A stretch of 63,034 nt of DNA, the filler included, from Octopus bimaculoides (Eukaryota), in the NCBI RefSeq assembly GCF_001194135.2. It is 4 parts of 4 records of this genome, joined end to end, with 100 filler letters (N's around TTAATTAATTAA, not from the genome) between each part and the next. Parts side by side here need not be neighbours in the genome. Positions count along the whole stretch, not along the records: positions 25,630 to 37,989 come from NC_068985.1; positions 38,090 to 57,731 come from NC_068983.1; 2 more parts are not named here. One strand, written 5' to 3'. The position numbers were made by a program, and so were the translations under genes. Shown piece by piece: positions 37,741 to 49,400 of the stretch (the stretch's first letter is position 1; every line of letters begins with the position of its first letter). Below the pieces are notes generated by a model, which saw only the letters and a program-made list of their open reading frames with translations, did not search any database and was not told where the DNA came from.

Positions 37741-37989
37741 TGTTATAAAATTCCGACCAAGTGTCTAGACACATGGATGTTCTTAGTGTAGTTCACTATC
37801 TTAAAAGCAATTCGAACCAGCTGTCTTGATCCATAGATGCTTTTAGTGGAGTCCACTCTCTTAGAAGCAATTCGAACCTGTTGTCTTGACCCATGGATGC
37901 TTTTAGTGGAGTCCACTCTCTTAGAAGCAATTCGAACCTGTTGTCTTGACCCATGGATGCTTTTAGTGGAGTCCACTCTCTTAGAACCA
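37741..37989. repeat. 60-bp minisatellite, 4+ units, truncated by the scaffold end
   Basis: 37861-37920 and 37921-37980 are identical; 37801-37860 and 37741-37800 are progressively more diverged. Confidence 0.95.
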
Positions 37990-38089
37990 NNNNNNNNNNN
38001 NNNNNNNNNNNNNNNNNNNNNNNNNNNNNNNNNTTAATTAATTAANNNNNNNNNNNNNNNNNNNNNNNNNNNNNNNNNNNNNNNNNNNN
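37990..38089. other. Artificial scaffold linker 44N-TTAATTAATTAA-44N
   Basis: Same 100-bp structure as 25530-25629. Confidence 0.95.
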
Positions 38090-38093
38090 GTGT

Positions 38094-38128
<35 letters not shown>

Positions 38129-38672
38129 TGTGTTTGTGTATTTGTGTCTGCATGACAGTGTGAAATATATCAAGACCTGACTGAATTGAAACCTCAACAA
38201 TGAAATAGCAAAAAATAAAATGGATGCGTCCAGAACACTTGAGACTCAATGACACATTTAAATAGAAACATAAATATAAATAATGAAATTCAAAGATGGG
38301 GTGCGATTAATATTACAGTCGACAAAGGTTTTAGAAATGAAAATAAAATACAAGCAAAGTCATACGACGTCTAGACACATAACAAAACACTTGGTTTTTC
38401 GTGATTGATATTATGTTATCCTGCTTTCCATTATTATTCCCCTGCTGTTAACAATATCCGCTCTCAACCCGGCTTTTTTCCTTTCTGAGTAAATTTGTCG
38501 TTGAAATCATGCAAACTAATTCAAAAATCTAATGACTATAAATGTAGTACCACATAGAGTACTAGAGTGAGCCAAACAAGCTAACTGTCAAGGTTTCAGT
38601 TACTGTTACTTTAAGACTTGACTCAAATTCTGATCTGATTGGATTGTTGAATATCTACCGAATAGGGACACA

Positions 38673-39331
38673 GGATCTTGTTCAAAACGGGGGCACTAGT
38701 TTTCATTAATGTTTTATGTAGTGTTTTTGGTACCGAAAGACTTTCAAACTTCGTATACATATCTATTTTGTGTTATAGAACAGAAAAAAAATGTTTGTAT
38801 TCGGATTTAATTCATGTAAAAAAATTGTCTTATTTCGATAATTTCAACCAATCACTGAAAATATTCAGCTGTTTACAAGTTACTCCTTTGGCACTTTAAG
38901 CGGTGTAAAGCATGTTTAATCTCCATTACTTCTGACATTTTGTAGAGGCAACACACGTGTGTTCGTTTTCCCTAACCCTAACCGACTTGCTCCTTCCCTC
39001 AAAAACCATGCCTTGTGCCTATAATAGAAAGGTTTATTAGCTACTGCCAATATGCTTCAGCCATTTTTTTACAAGGAAATAATAATTTTATCACCGCCGA
39101 GAATCGTTTGTTTACGTAGTCAGCACTTAATTTTTACGGCTGAATGGACGTCAGTCATTGGTTGAAATTACAGAAATACGACAACTTTAACATGAAATAA
39201 CTTGCGATGTACGTTTTTTTGTTAAGAAGATTAAGAGAAAAAGATGTTTTATATGACACATTCTACCAGTGCCCCAAGTTTCAAAGTGTTTCGTTAAGAA
39301 AATACTGGTGCCCCCGTTTTGAACAAGATCC
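38673..39331. mobile_element. 659-bp non-autonomous DNA transposon, GG...CC termini, 8-bp TSD (Merlin-like)
   Basis: 28-bp TIRs GGATCTTGTTCAAAACGGGGGCAC[T/C]AGT with 1 mismatch (38673-38700 / 39304-39331). Perfect TSD GGGACACA at 38665-38672 and 39332-39339. Confidence 0.9.
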
Positions 39332-40048
39332 GGGACACATTTTTTCTGATATTTGTGTATTCATGTAGTACATAGCTGGTCCTAGTCTATATAATTACTA
39401 GATAATGAAATGTGAGTAATATAGGAAAAGAAATGAGTTATGAGCACATTTCAAAATGTTGGTAGCAATAAAATTTAAGTGAAATACGGCAAAAATTCAA
39501 AGCCTCAATTACCAAGATAGTGTTATACCTACACTATGAACATGCCGTAACAAATACATATTTATTAAAGAAATTTCCCTCATCGAATTTTAGTGGTTAG
39601 AACCAGTGTTATGATATAGGGGATCGAATCTAACGCTAATGTAAAGGGTTTTTTTCAGGATTTTATAATGTAGCTGGGTTAATATTAATGATAATCATGT
39701 ATTATTGGAAATATGTATAGCTGAAGTCAACAACCTCATTAATAAATTGTGACATACTTATTATATTAAAAATTGCTGTCACATCACTGCACATAATAGG
39801 CAATATGATGAATATAACAAAACTGAAGTCGATATCAGCTTTATACAGCAAATCCTTACAAATAACAAAAATGGAAGGTTTTCCTATAGAACAGAAACAA
39901 CTAGGAAACCATGTTTTAAATTCTTGCGTATTAAAGTTAATTAACGTTCCCTTAATGAAAGATTACATAGCATATACGACATTAATAAAATCATAATTGA
40001 TTTGACATATAGTAGGTTATATGCAAAAATGCTGATAATTAGTTTATA

Positions 40049-40131
<83 letters not shown>

Positions 40132-40204
40132 GCATAAGAATATTATTATTAATAATTTGCATTAATATCAGTGGCTAGCATGCGTAAAAGAGCCCAAAAT
40201 ATTA

Positions 40205-40237
<33 letters not shown>

Positions 40238-41026
40238 AAGTATGTACGTATATGTTAGGATGATTTTCTTTCAACCAGCTTTGTATTGCAAGCTTATAGG
40301 AAAGAGGACAATGTTATTCCAAATCGAATTCTAACGCTGCTACAATGGAAAATACAAGATAACACCATACCAGTGTCCCTTAATAAATTCAATGTAAATA
40401 TAGAGTTTACCATTAAGTAGTAGGTGTCTTATATCGGTTGAGCAAGAGGGAACAATTTATGTTTTATGGAGTTGAATTGGTTTAATCATTTCACGGAATA
40501 GTTCAAGATTTCTCATGCAAACAGGATATGATATGATATGCATATCCATCCAATCACACTGACATATTTTGATTACGATATCCAGCATAGCAAAGACATA
40601 AAGGCGGATGATGGCACGTGGGTCAAATGGTTTGGGTGTTGCAATGCCAATTACAAGATCGTGGTTTCGATTCCACCGAAGCCGAGCTCGGTCTTGTGTT
40701 TTTGAGAAAAATATTTCATTTCACTTAGCTCCAGTCCACGAAGTTGTCGATGATTGATCTGCTCTTGAGACATACTGACTTTCAGGTGTGGGAAAATGTT
40801 GTGATCTCGGTTACTTATACGCCATGGAAAACGGGTAACCGACCCAATGTGTACTGGGACTAGAGACAGCATTGTCCGTAAGGGCCGGTGTTAGTGTTGA
40901 CGATAATTAGGAGGAGGATTATGGTACAGAGAGAAAGGGAAGATGGAGCCTCTATATGTTCGGTAGGCTTACTAGAGATATCAGTTTCATCGCCATCACA
41001 TAACATTTATTATCTTTGACATATTT

Positions 41027-41226
41027 AGGGCGGCAAGCTGGCAGAATTGTTTACACAACGGACAATACACTGAGTGTGTTTTGTCTGCTACGGTCTGTGT
41101 TCAAATACCACTCACTTCAAATACCCTTTAGTTCATTCGGGGTACGGCTCTACGCATCCCATCAATCGACTGTACACCTCTAACCGACAGTACCCCTCCT
41201 ATAAAATTTCAGGCATGTGAAAAGAT
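41027..41226 (+). mobile_element. SINE family A, old degenerate copy
   Basis: AGGGCGGCAAGCTGGCAGAA head and AAAATTTCAGGC tail recognisable. Confidence 0.55.
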
Positions 41227-42173
41227 TATCTTAGACCTATTAGAAAGAATTATCTTAGACATATTATATAATGAAATCATTGACAAAAACTGAATTATAA
41301 GGATGGCATGGTGATCACAGCTGGAATATCATTCTCGATATATTATGATAGATATAGGGCTAAGCAATCACCCCCAGATAACCTCAATCACTAACGAGTG
41401 TAGATTTCGCTACACAAGTAAACGTGATGTAATCACGAACTTTATTCTGTGACAAATCAAATGACAGTTAATATGAACATCGCCTGGTCAAGACACTGTA
41501 TACACGCGTGTATAATAATACACCAGACATTATATATTTCTGCGAAAATATTCAAAACGAATCAATTACAACTAATGTCACTCAATAAAATGTCAGTACT
41601 TGAAGACAAAAATACATTAGACTTCAAAGGGATATTTTCTCAAAATTCTGTAGCGTCGTTAGAAACATTGTTACACAACCGGTATTCCTGTCAATGGTTT
41701 TAGAATGATTTCAGAGAAGAAACCATGACTAATTCATATCATTAGCGAATTCATCAGCAGTAACAGGCCTGTTCAAAAGAACCATTTCACATATTTCTTT
41801 ATATGCTGACACCGGCATGAGCACAGGGTGATGCTAATAACAATATTATCATTCAAATTCAAAGCTTTCTCTAGTACAATGTGCTTCCGAATTCAAAGAT
41901 GATCACAATAAATGCAAGGATACGATGTCTAGTGATGCACTGGAAAATATTTTTCCTTCCAACAAGAAAAACATATAAGCCCATTNNNNNNNNNNNNNNN
42001 NNNNNNNNNNNNNNNNNNNNNNNNNNNNNNNNNNNNNNNNNNNNNNNNNNNNNNNNNNNNNNNNNNNNNNNNNNNNNNNNNNNNNTTTGCAAGGAAACTC
42101 TGGAATAGTATCCGGAGTGGTCCTGCTAATTCTTGCTTACATATATATACGTATATATATATGTATATATATG

Positions 42174-42211
<38 letters not shown>

Positions 42212-42214
42212 CGT

Positions 42215-42581
42215 CTTGGCACTCCGTCGCTTACGACGTCCAATTGTTCCAGTTGATCCGATCAACACAGCCTGCTCGTGAAATTAACGTGCAAGTGGCC
42301 GAGCACTCTACAGACACGTGAACCCTTAACGTAGTGCTCGGGGAGATTCAGCGAGACAAGTCTGACCCTTTGAATTACAAGCACAACAGAAACATAGAGT
42401 AAGAGTGAGAGAAAGTTGTGGTGAAAGAGTACAGCAGAGTTCGCCACCATCCCCTGCCAGAGCCTCGTGGAGCTTTAAGTGTTTTCGCTCAATAAACTCT
42501 CACAACGCCCGGTCTGGGAATCGAAACCGCGATCCGATGACCGCGAGTCCGCTGTCCTAACCGCTGGGCCATTGTGCCTCC
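42215..42581 (-). mobile_element. tRNA-derived SINE family E
   Basis: Minus-strand head GGAGGCACAATGGCCCAGCGGTTAGGACAGCGGACTCGCGG..GGTTTCGATTCCC with an A-box (TGGCCCAGCGG) and a B-box-like motif; ends in (CA)n. Confidence 0.7.
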
Positions 42582-42592
42582 TCACACACACA

Positions 42593-42624
<32 letters not shown>

Positions 42625-42627
<3 letters not shown>

Positions 42628-43587
42628 AAAATACAGAACTCCAGTGATGTTGCACACCTGCAGCAGGAGTTGGACTCAGTTTACAGATGGGATGACGACA
42701 ATAATATGCAGTTTAATACTGAAAAATTCCAAGCCCTGCGCTACCAACGCCCAAAACTGAATATGGAACTTACGGAGTACACTGGTCGGCATGGAATTTC
42801 AATCCCAGAGCCTAAATCAGTGAGAGACCAGGGTATCGACATGAGTGATGATGCCTCTTTCCAAGTGCACATTACCAGGATGGCAACAAAGTGCAGACGG
42901 TTGGCTGGATGGATCCTGAAAACATTCAGAACCAGAGATAAGGAAACCATGATGATTCTCTGGGGGACATTCCTCCTCAGCCGCCTGGATTACTGCTCAC
43001 AGCTGTGGTCACCCACCGGTGTGAAATTAACATCAGACCTTGAAGCAATCCAGAGAAGATTCACAAAGAAGATTGTCTCTTTGCAACTACTCAGCTACTG
43101 GGAAGGCTGAAACAGCTAAGACTCTACTCCCTTGAGAGAAGGCGGGAGAGGTATGCAGTAATATACATCTGGAAGATCCTGGAAGAATTGTGCCAAATTG
43201 TGGCATTGAAAGCTACACCAATGCCAGAACGGGACGACACTGCATAGTGCCAAAGATCCCAGCAATGTCATCGCGCTTCAGGACCAGTTACTGCAACAGT
43301 TTGGGTTTCAGGGGCCCACAGCTTTTTAATATTCTCCCAAAGAGCCTGAGGAACCTGCACAAAGTAGATGTAGGGGTTTTTAAATCAAAGCTGGACCTCT
43401 TCCTGTTGAGAGTCCCAGATGAACCTACCTCGCGGCAGGAGGTGCAAATGAGGGTTGCTAAATCAAACTCCATTCTTCACCAAGTGCCACATATTGTAAG
43501 AGGCTCCCTGTATTAACAGTGTAGCAACACGGCGGTGCATCAGCATGGCCGCAACTCTAAGCTGAAACGATGAAATGAAAAAAAAAA
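42625..43587 (+). mobile_element. CR1-like LINE, 5'-truncated (RT C-terminus, 3' UTR, A-tail)
   Basis: LQQELDSVYRW..NNMQFNTEKFQAL..SRLDYCSQLWSP..LEAIQRRFTK..YSLERRRERY..GPQLFNILPKSLRN..FKSKLDLFL..VPDEP. Two apparent 1-nt deletions near 43103 and 43188. Confidence 0.9.
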
Positions 43588-43872
43588 TGTGTATATATAT
43601 ATATATATATATAAAAGGCCGCATGGCTTAGTTGTTAGGGTTTTGTTCTCACCGTGCTCATGGAGAGAGTATGCTAACGTGAGGCATGGACATTTTCATC
43701 ATTATAAAGAAATCCTTTTTCGTTCGGCAAAAGCTAAACGCTCATACGTCGTCTTCGACGGGAGACTCCATCTTATGTATATATATATATATATATATAT
43801 ATACATACATACACAAACACACGCACACATATGTATGTATGAATGTATGTATGTACGTAGATATGTATGTGT

Positions 43873-44104
43873 TATTTCTTTACTACCCACAAGGGGATAC
43901 ACACTGAGGTGACAAACAAGGACAGTCAAACGGATTAAGTCGATTATATCGACCCCAGTGCGTAACTGGTACTTATTTAATCGACCCCGAAAGGATGAAA
44001 GGGAAAGTCGATCTCGGCGGAATTTGAACTCAGAACATAGCGGCAGACGAAATACCGCTAAGCATTTCGCCCGGCGTGGTAACGTTTGTGCCAGCTCGCC
44101 GCCT
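43873..44104 (-). mobile_element. SINE family A, full length with a perfect 15-bp TSD
   Basis: TAGATATGTATGTGT at 43858-43872 and 44105-44119. Confidence 0.92.
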
Positions 44105-46059
44105 TAGATATGTATGTGTGTGTGTGTATAGGAGGAGAGAGAGAGAAAAAAAGATAACAATAAAAGAAAGGAAAAACAACAAACTCAAAAGTCCGTATTG
44201 AGTGAGTGTATTACATTGATGCTCGACGTAGGTTTAAAATGGCAGCAAAAAGGGGGTGTACAATGTTTTGAGGATGCATCTTCGTGAGAAACAGAAAAGG
44301 GGAAAAATTCCAGAGAGGAAAGAAAAACGACATTTATCCGAGAAAAACACGTGTGCCGTTACATGGCCAACACGCACCGCATACACGCATGCACACACAC
44401 ACACACACACACACACATACATACACACACAAATAACTATAGTCAATAGATAAGATCCAGAGATTCTCAATATAGAAAACATTTTGTAGTGCTCAAATAA
44501 TACAAGCTTAGACTCCGATGTGTTTTTCGAGGGACCAGTTCCGCAGGGTAAAGAGTGGCTATAAGAGGAATCCAAGTGAGCAGGTACGGAGGTAATTATG
44601 CAGATAAACAAATTAAATATAACAGCTTGGTGTTGATATACAAAATATGTATATATATATATATATATATGTATACATGCGAAACGAGATAAAGGAAATA
44701 TGTTATATTTATTACGTTTATCTCCATAATTGGTAAATAACTACGTATGTTTCAATGAACAGCTTGATTTAGGAACACAATCTTGTAGTTACAGGTGGAT
44801 GCACATGAAAAAATGCAGTACAACACATATGTATGTGTGTGCCCGTATGAGTGTGTGCCCGTATGAGTGTGTGGAAGATGTTGACAGGAAAACACATTTA
44901 CAGATATCTCTGCTTCTATTCTACTATATTTGCATTCGCTGGGTGAGAAACAGAAACTCGGAATAAGAAAACATTATATTGTCATATATGCATTTCCTTC
45001 CTAAGATTTATAATGACTCGTTTTATTCGTGAAGTAATATTCTTTCGCATTCATATTGAACACGAATCAACATATAAATATATATATTATTTGTGTAGTT
45101 TAGGTTGTGCATACAAAGAATTATTCACAATGACTGAATTCAATGGGTCAAAACATATCGAAACGTATACCCCCTTATCTATCTAACTAAGTATCTATCT
45201 ATCTCTTTATCTATATATCTGTCTATATCTATCTATCCACGTAATACATACCTATATATATATATATATNNNNNNNNNNNNNNNNNNNNNNNNNNNNNNN
45301 NNNNNNNNNNNNNNNNNNNNNNNNNNNNNNNNNNNNNNNNNNNNNNNNNNNNNAGAGAGAGAGAGAGAGAGAGAGAGAAACGAAATAAGTAGGCAAATTG
45401 CCTTATAGATACATACATACATATATACATACATAAGGGGAGTGACAGTGCGATAAAGAAAGAGAGAATGAAAGATTCAGATATGTATGTAAGCGAATTA
45501 ATTTGTGTCACATGAGACGGACTGGTTTGCAGCAGAATTTTCCGAGTTCATTTGCACTACAAGTAAACTGAATTTCTTTCACCAAGATACTGAATATTTC
45601 TTGAGTTTCTGCGACAGAATTGTATTTGTGAATGCATCTGGCTCGCGACTCACGTCTGTTAAAAATATAAAAATAAAGTAGTTTACAAATGGATCGAGTT
45701 ATTTACATCTATAAACGGAGATTAAATGCTTCGTTGAAGATTTCCAAATATAAACGAAGTACGTCTTAATTTTTTTGTATATGATATAATGTAAATTATT
45801 TACAAACATTCTATATTCTCTTCATTCACTGTGGGTCTATATTCCGCGCAATTTAAATTCAATGCATTAATTGTATTGGCACTAACTTGCCAAATAATAT
45901 ATACCCTGCAATATATTGTAATAATACATTTCTTTTATTAGGGCTCAACAAAGATGGCACGAATACAATATATTGTAATAATAGATAAAACGCAGAATAG
46001 ATATAACTAGAAAGATAAACATATTTGTAGGAAGGAATTTCAACCATGTCTCGTGGTCT

Positions 46060-46400
46060 GCTAATATATAGCTCCTTTATAGGATCCAGTTAGCTCAAGA
46101 TATCATCAGGAAGAACAACGTCCGGTGTCGGCTCCTACTCCTCTTCCGTTTCGACGTGGCGGAGCCTCCCCTTTGGGCGGTGTCTTCAGCTCTGGTGTTG
46201 AGTGCATGTCTTCTTTCTTCTGTTCCCTGGCCTCTTCGATGCAGCCTCAGCGAGTGTCAGCGGCCGACTGACTGGCTTGTTAAATTTCCCTTTAAATACC
46301 TGCTGCTAGGCTCCAACAGGTATTCCCAGCAAGTTGTGACGTGACACTGTCTAAACTGTAACTGACCAATGGAGGGCACGTAATCTTAGCCCACGCTAGA
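46060..46400 (-). mobile_element. GC-rich Penelope-like terminal repeat (tentative)
   Basis: On the minus strand: CCATTGG, TATTTAAAGGG, then CTGAAGA...CGAAAC (46148-46189), a layout typical of PLE pseudo-LTRs. No ORF recognised. Confidence 0.4.
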
Positions 46401-46414
46401 TAGATAGATAAACG

Positions 46415-46795
46415 CATGCTTGGCTGTGTGGTTAAGAAGTGCACTTTGCAACCGAATAATTTGGGAACCAGTGTCACAGCGTGATACATTTTAAGTTACT
46501 CTTAGAAAAGCCCAGCGATGACTAATATCTTGTGAGTGAATTCTGTAGTCAGAAAAACTGAGGAAGGCCGTCATATATACATATATATATGTGTGTGTGT
46601 ATATGTGTTTGTTATTCCTCCACCACAGCTTGAAAACCGGTGTTAGTCTCATTGTGTCTTCGTTTGGCAACATAGATCGTTAGAATAAACACTAGAATGT
46701 ATGGTTATATGTAGTAGGGTCGAGGTTTTCGATTAACCCCGTCAATGCGGTGCATGGCCGATTCGAATGACTGAAACAAGTAGAAGTGAAAGCAT
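46415..46795 (+). mobile_element. SINE family B, degenerate
   Basis: TGGCTGTGTGGTTAAGAAG head, internal (TA)/(TG) runs, CATGGCCG..AATGACTGAAACAAGTA tail. Confidence 0.7.
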
Positions 46796-47477
46796 AACAG
46801 GGAACTGACATGCGCAATGACAGAGGAAGTGAGAGAAAAGCAGAAGGATAGAAATGAAGTACAAAGTTTCATAAGTGTACAGTAAGTTCAGACAAAGACT
46901 TAGTGATATTGGTTTTACTAGTTAAGGGAGTAAGGTTTCTCGTTTAGCAGCATCCACTACGAACACTGATTAGTGTTGTAATTGACATAGGAAATATTAC
47001 ATAAGTTTCCGATGTTCTAAGAAGACATATAACTGCTTTGTGGCATTACATCAACTTTAATTAAAATGCTGAACTCGTGTCTAAAATGATGATAAAGCCG
47101 AAAATTAACCACAAAAAAAGCTCAAACAAAAACTTATAATTTGAGACTATAGTAATCAATTCGAAGTTAATAACTTATTTGAAATTAATTAAAAGAAATA
47201 ATTCATAGGAAATTTAGTTACCATAAACAAACTAAATTATCAAACGGCAGGCCTTAGTATTTGATCTTTTAATATGGTTCAATTAAAATAAATTGAAAAA
47301 AAAAACACGTGCAAATCCGTCTAAACATGGAAATCGAAAGAGATGCAGTATGGGACAGTTGTAAAATTATATATTACACATGAAAATATAAAAGTGATCA
47401 GCAAGATAATTGGTAGTTATAACAGTTGTCGACACCTCATGTTCATAACAGATATCTGTACACGCACACAGACACAC

Positions 47478-47547
<70 letters not shown>

Positions 47548-47958
47548 TAAAAAAGTCAAGAGGTATGAGAGGTGAATATATATATATTTAACCGCTGGTC
47601 AGCCGTCTCGCAGTCTTCATCATGTAAGAATAATTTCAAACTTACTGGTTCGTCAAAAGTCTCCGATAGATTAAGAACCAGACTTGAAAATTCTTCAATG
47701 CGGTACTCCAGTATGACCGCCGCCTAATGACTGAAAAAGTAAACAAATATTATTCTACATGCTTGAACTTATCTGCATGCTATATACTACATAATACGGT
47801 TAGTTGTATACTTACAAATCAAAGCAGAAAAAGATGACTAACTCATCAGGTCACCACCAGAACATTTTGGTTGCACCAAAGATGTTGTCTTAAAGTCATG
47901 TCCGTCTGAGGAGATTTCTGTGATAGCCACATGATTCTATGAATCCACATATTGCTCT

Positions 47959-48012
<54 letters not shown>

Positions 48013-48053
48013 GTGTGTGTTTGCGTGTCTGTTTGTGTGTGTGACTGTGTGTG

Positions 48054-48644
48054 TAAACGTCCTTAAAGTGATTAAGGGGACAAATTAGCACCAGTATCAT
48101 CATCAGTGACTCTTACTCCGTTGCCTAGGATTGAGAGGAACACGCCTTGTCAGTTTATAGGAAATACCACAGGAAGCATTTGCTTCTTCGGTAAATTGGT
48201 GTGAAAATTATAAATTATAAATGGTGGCTATCAGTAATTTAAAAATGAGATGACACAAGTAAAAACGTCAATAAAGTGACGACGGGTGCAAACCAGGACC
48301 AGTATTGCTAGATATGAAAATCAAAGCACTCTTATTTATTTTCACTTTACTAGTTTACCGATGAAGAAAATGATTCCAGTGGTATATCTCATAAACTGAC
48401 AAAGCGAGCTGCAGTCAACCCTAGGCAACGGAGTACGTGTCACTGATTTTGACGCTCCTCGCTTGCTGTAGGGAGGTTGGTCTTCCGGTCAGTCAATAGA
48501 TGAGTGCTTGCTCGTGGCGAAGATTTATTTTCACTCTTATTTCTAGCAATTCTGGTGCTGATTTGCACCCTTAGTCACAATAGTGACGTTTTTATATGAT
48601 TCATTTGGCTTTTAAACTGTTGATAGCCACCTTCATAATTTATA
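48054..48644. repeat. Diverged ~300-bp unit present as forward and inverted, permuted copies
   Basis: 48102-48197 pairs with 48352-48447; 48209-48312 pairs with 48542-48644; 48054-48098 is a further partial copy of the latter block. Confidence 0.85.
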
Positions 48645-48646
48645 TA

Positions 48647-49043
48647 CTCTTTACTCTTTTACTTGTTTCAGAGATTTGAATGCGGCCATGCTGGAGCAAC
48701 GTCTTTATTCGAGCAAATCGACCCCGAGACTTATTCTTTGTAAGCCTAATACTTATTCTATCGGTTTGTTTTGCCGAACCGCTAATTTACGGAGAGGGGA
48801 AACACACCAACATAGGTTGTCAAGTGATGTTGGGGTGACAGACACAGACACATAAACATATACACACACATATATACATTTATACGACGGGCTTCTTCCA
48901 ATTTCCGTCTCACAAATCAACTCACAAGGCTTTGGTCGGCAGGAGGATATAGTAGAAGACACTTACCGAAACTGCCATGCAGTGGGACTGAACCCGGAAA
49001 CATGTGGTTCGTAAGCAAGCTACTTACCACACAGCCATTCCTA

Positions 49044-49047
<4 letters not shown>
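48647..49047 (-). mobile_element. SINE family B, full length
   Basis: Tail CTCTTTACTCTTTTACTTGTTTCAG..GCGGCCATGCTGGAGCA; head CAGTGGGACTGAACCCGG..TTACCACACAGCCA. Confidence 0.88.
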
Positions 49048-49090
<43 letters not shown>

Positions 49091-49322
49091 GAGAATGAGT
49101 ATTCAACACCGCATTGCTGCATAAAATATCTTTATTTTGTATTAAGGCTATCATTGGTTTCATCTTAAATTCAGTGGAATGCCATCCCTCCATGTGATTG
49201 GCTTAAGAAAATTGCTGAGATATTAAGATACTTTTCTTAATATGAAACCAATGTTAATCTTAATACACACACATATCTCTCTCTCTCTCTCTGTCTCTGT
49301 CTCTCTCCCTCTCTCTCTCTCT

Positions 49323-49400
<78 letters not shown>

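Noticed and set aside
37741-37989. CRISPR-like array
   Set aside because: Units are contiguous with no unique spacers, the context is eukaryotic, and there are no cas genes.
38970-38983. Telomeric CCCTAACCCTAACC
   Set aside because: Only two units, internal to a MITE; not an interstitial telomere.
42530-42581. Functional tRNA gene
   Set aside because: A- and B-box-like motifs are present but there is no acceptor-stem closure or terminator; it continues into a SINE body.
44489-44546. Candidate exon CSNNTSLDSDVFFEGPVPQ
   Set aside because: Short pyrimidine tract, weak GTAAAG donor, no neighbouring exons or homology recognised.
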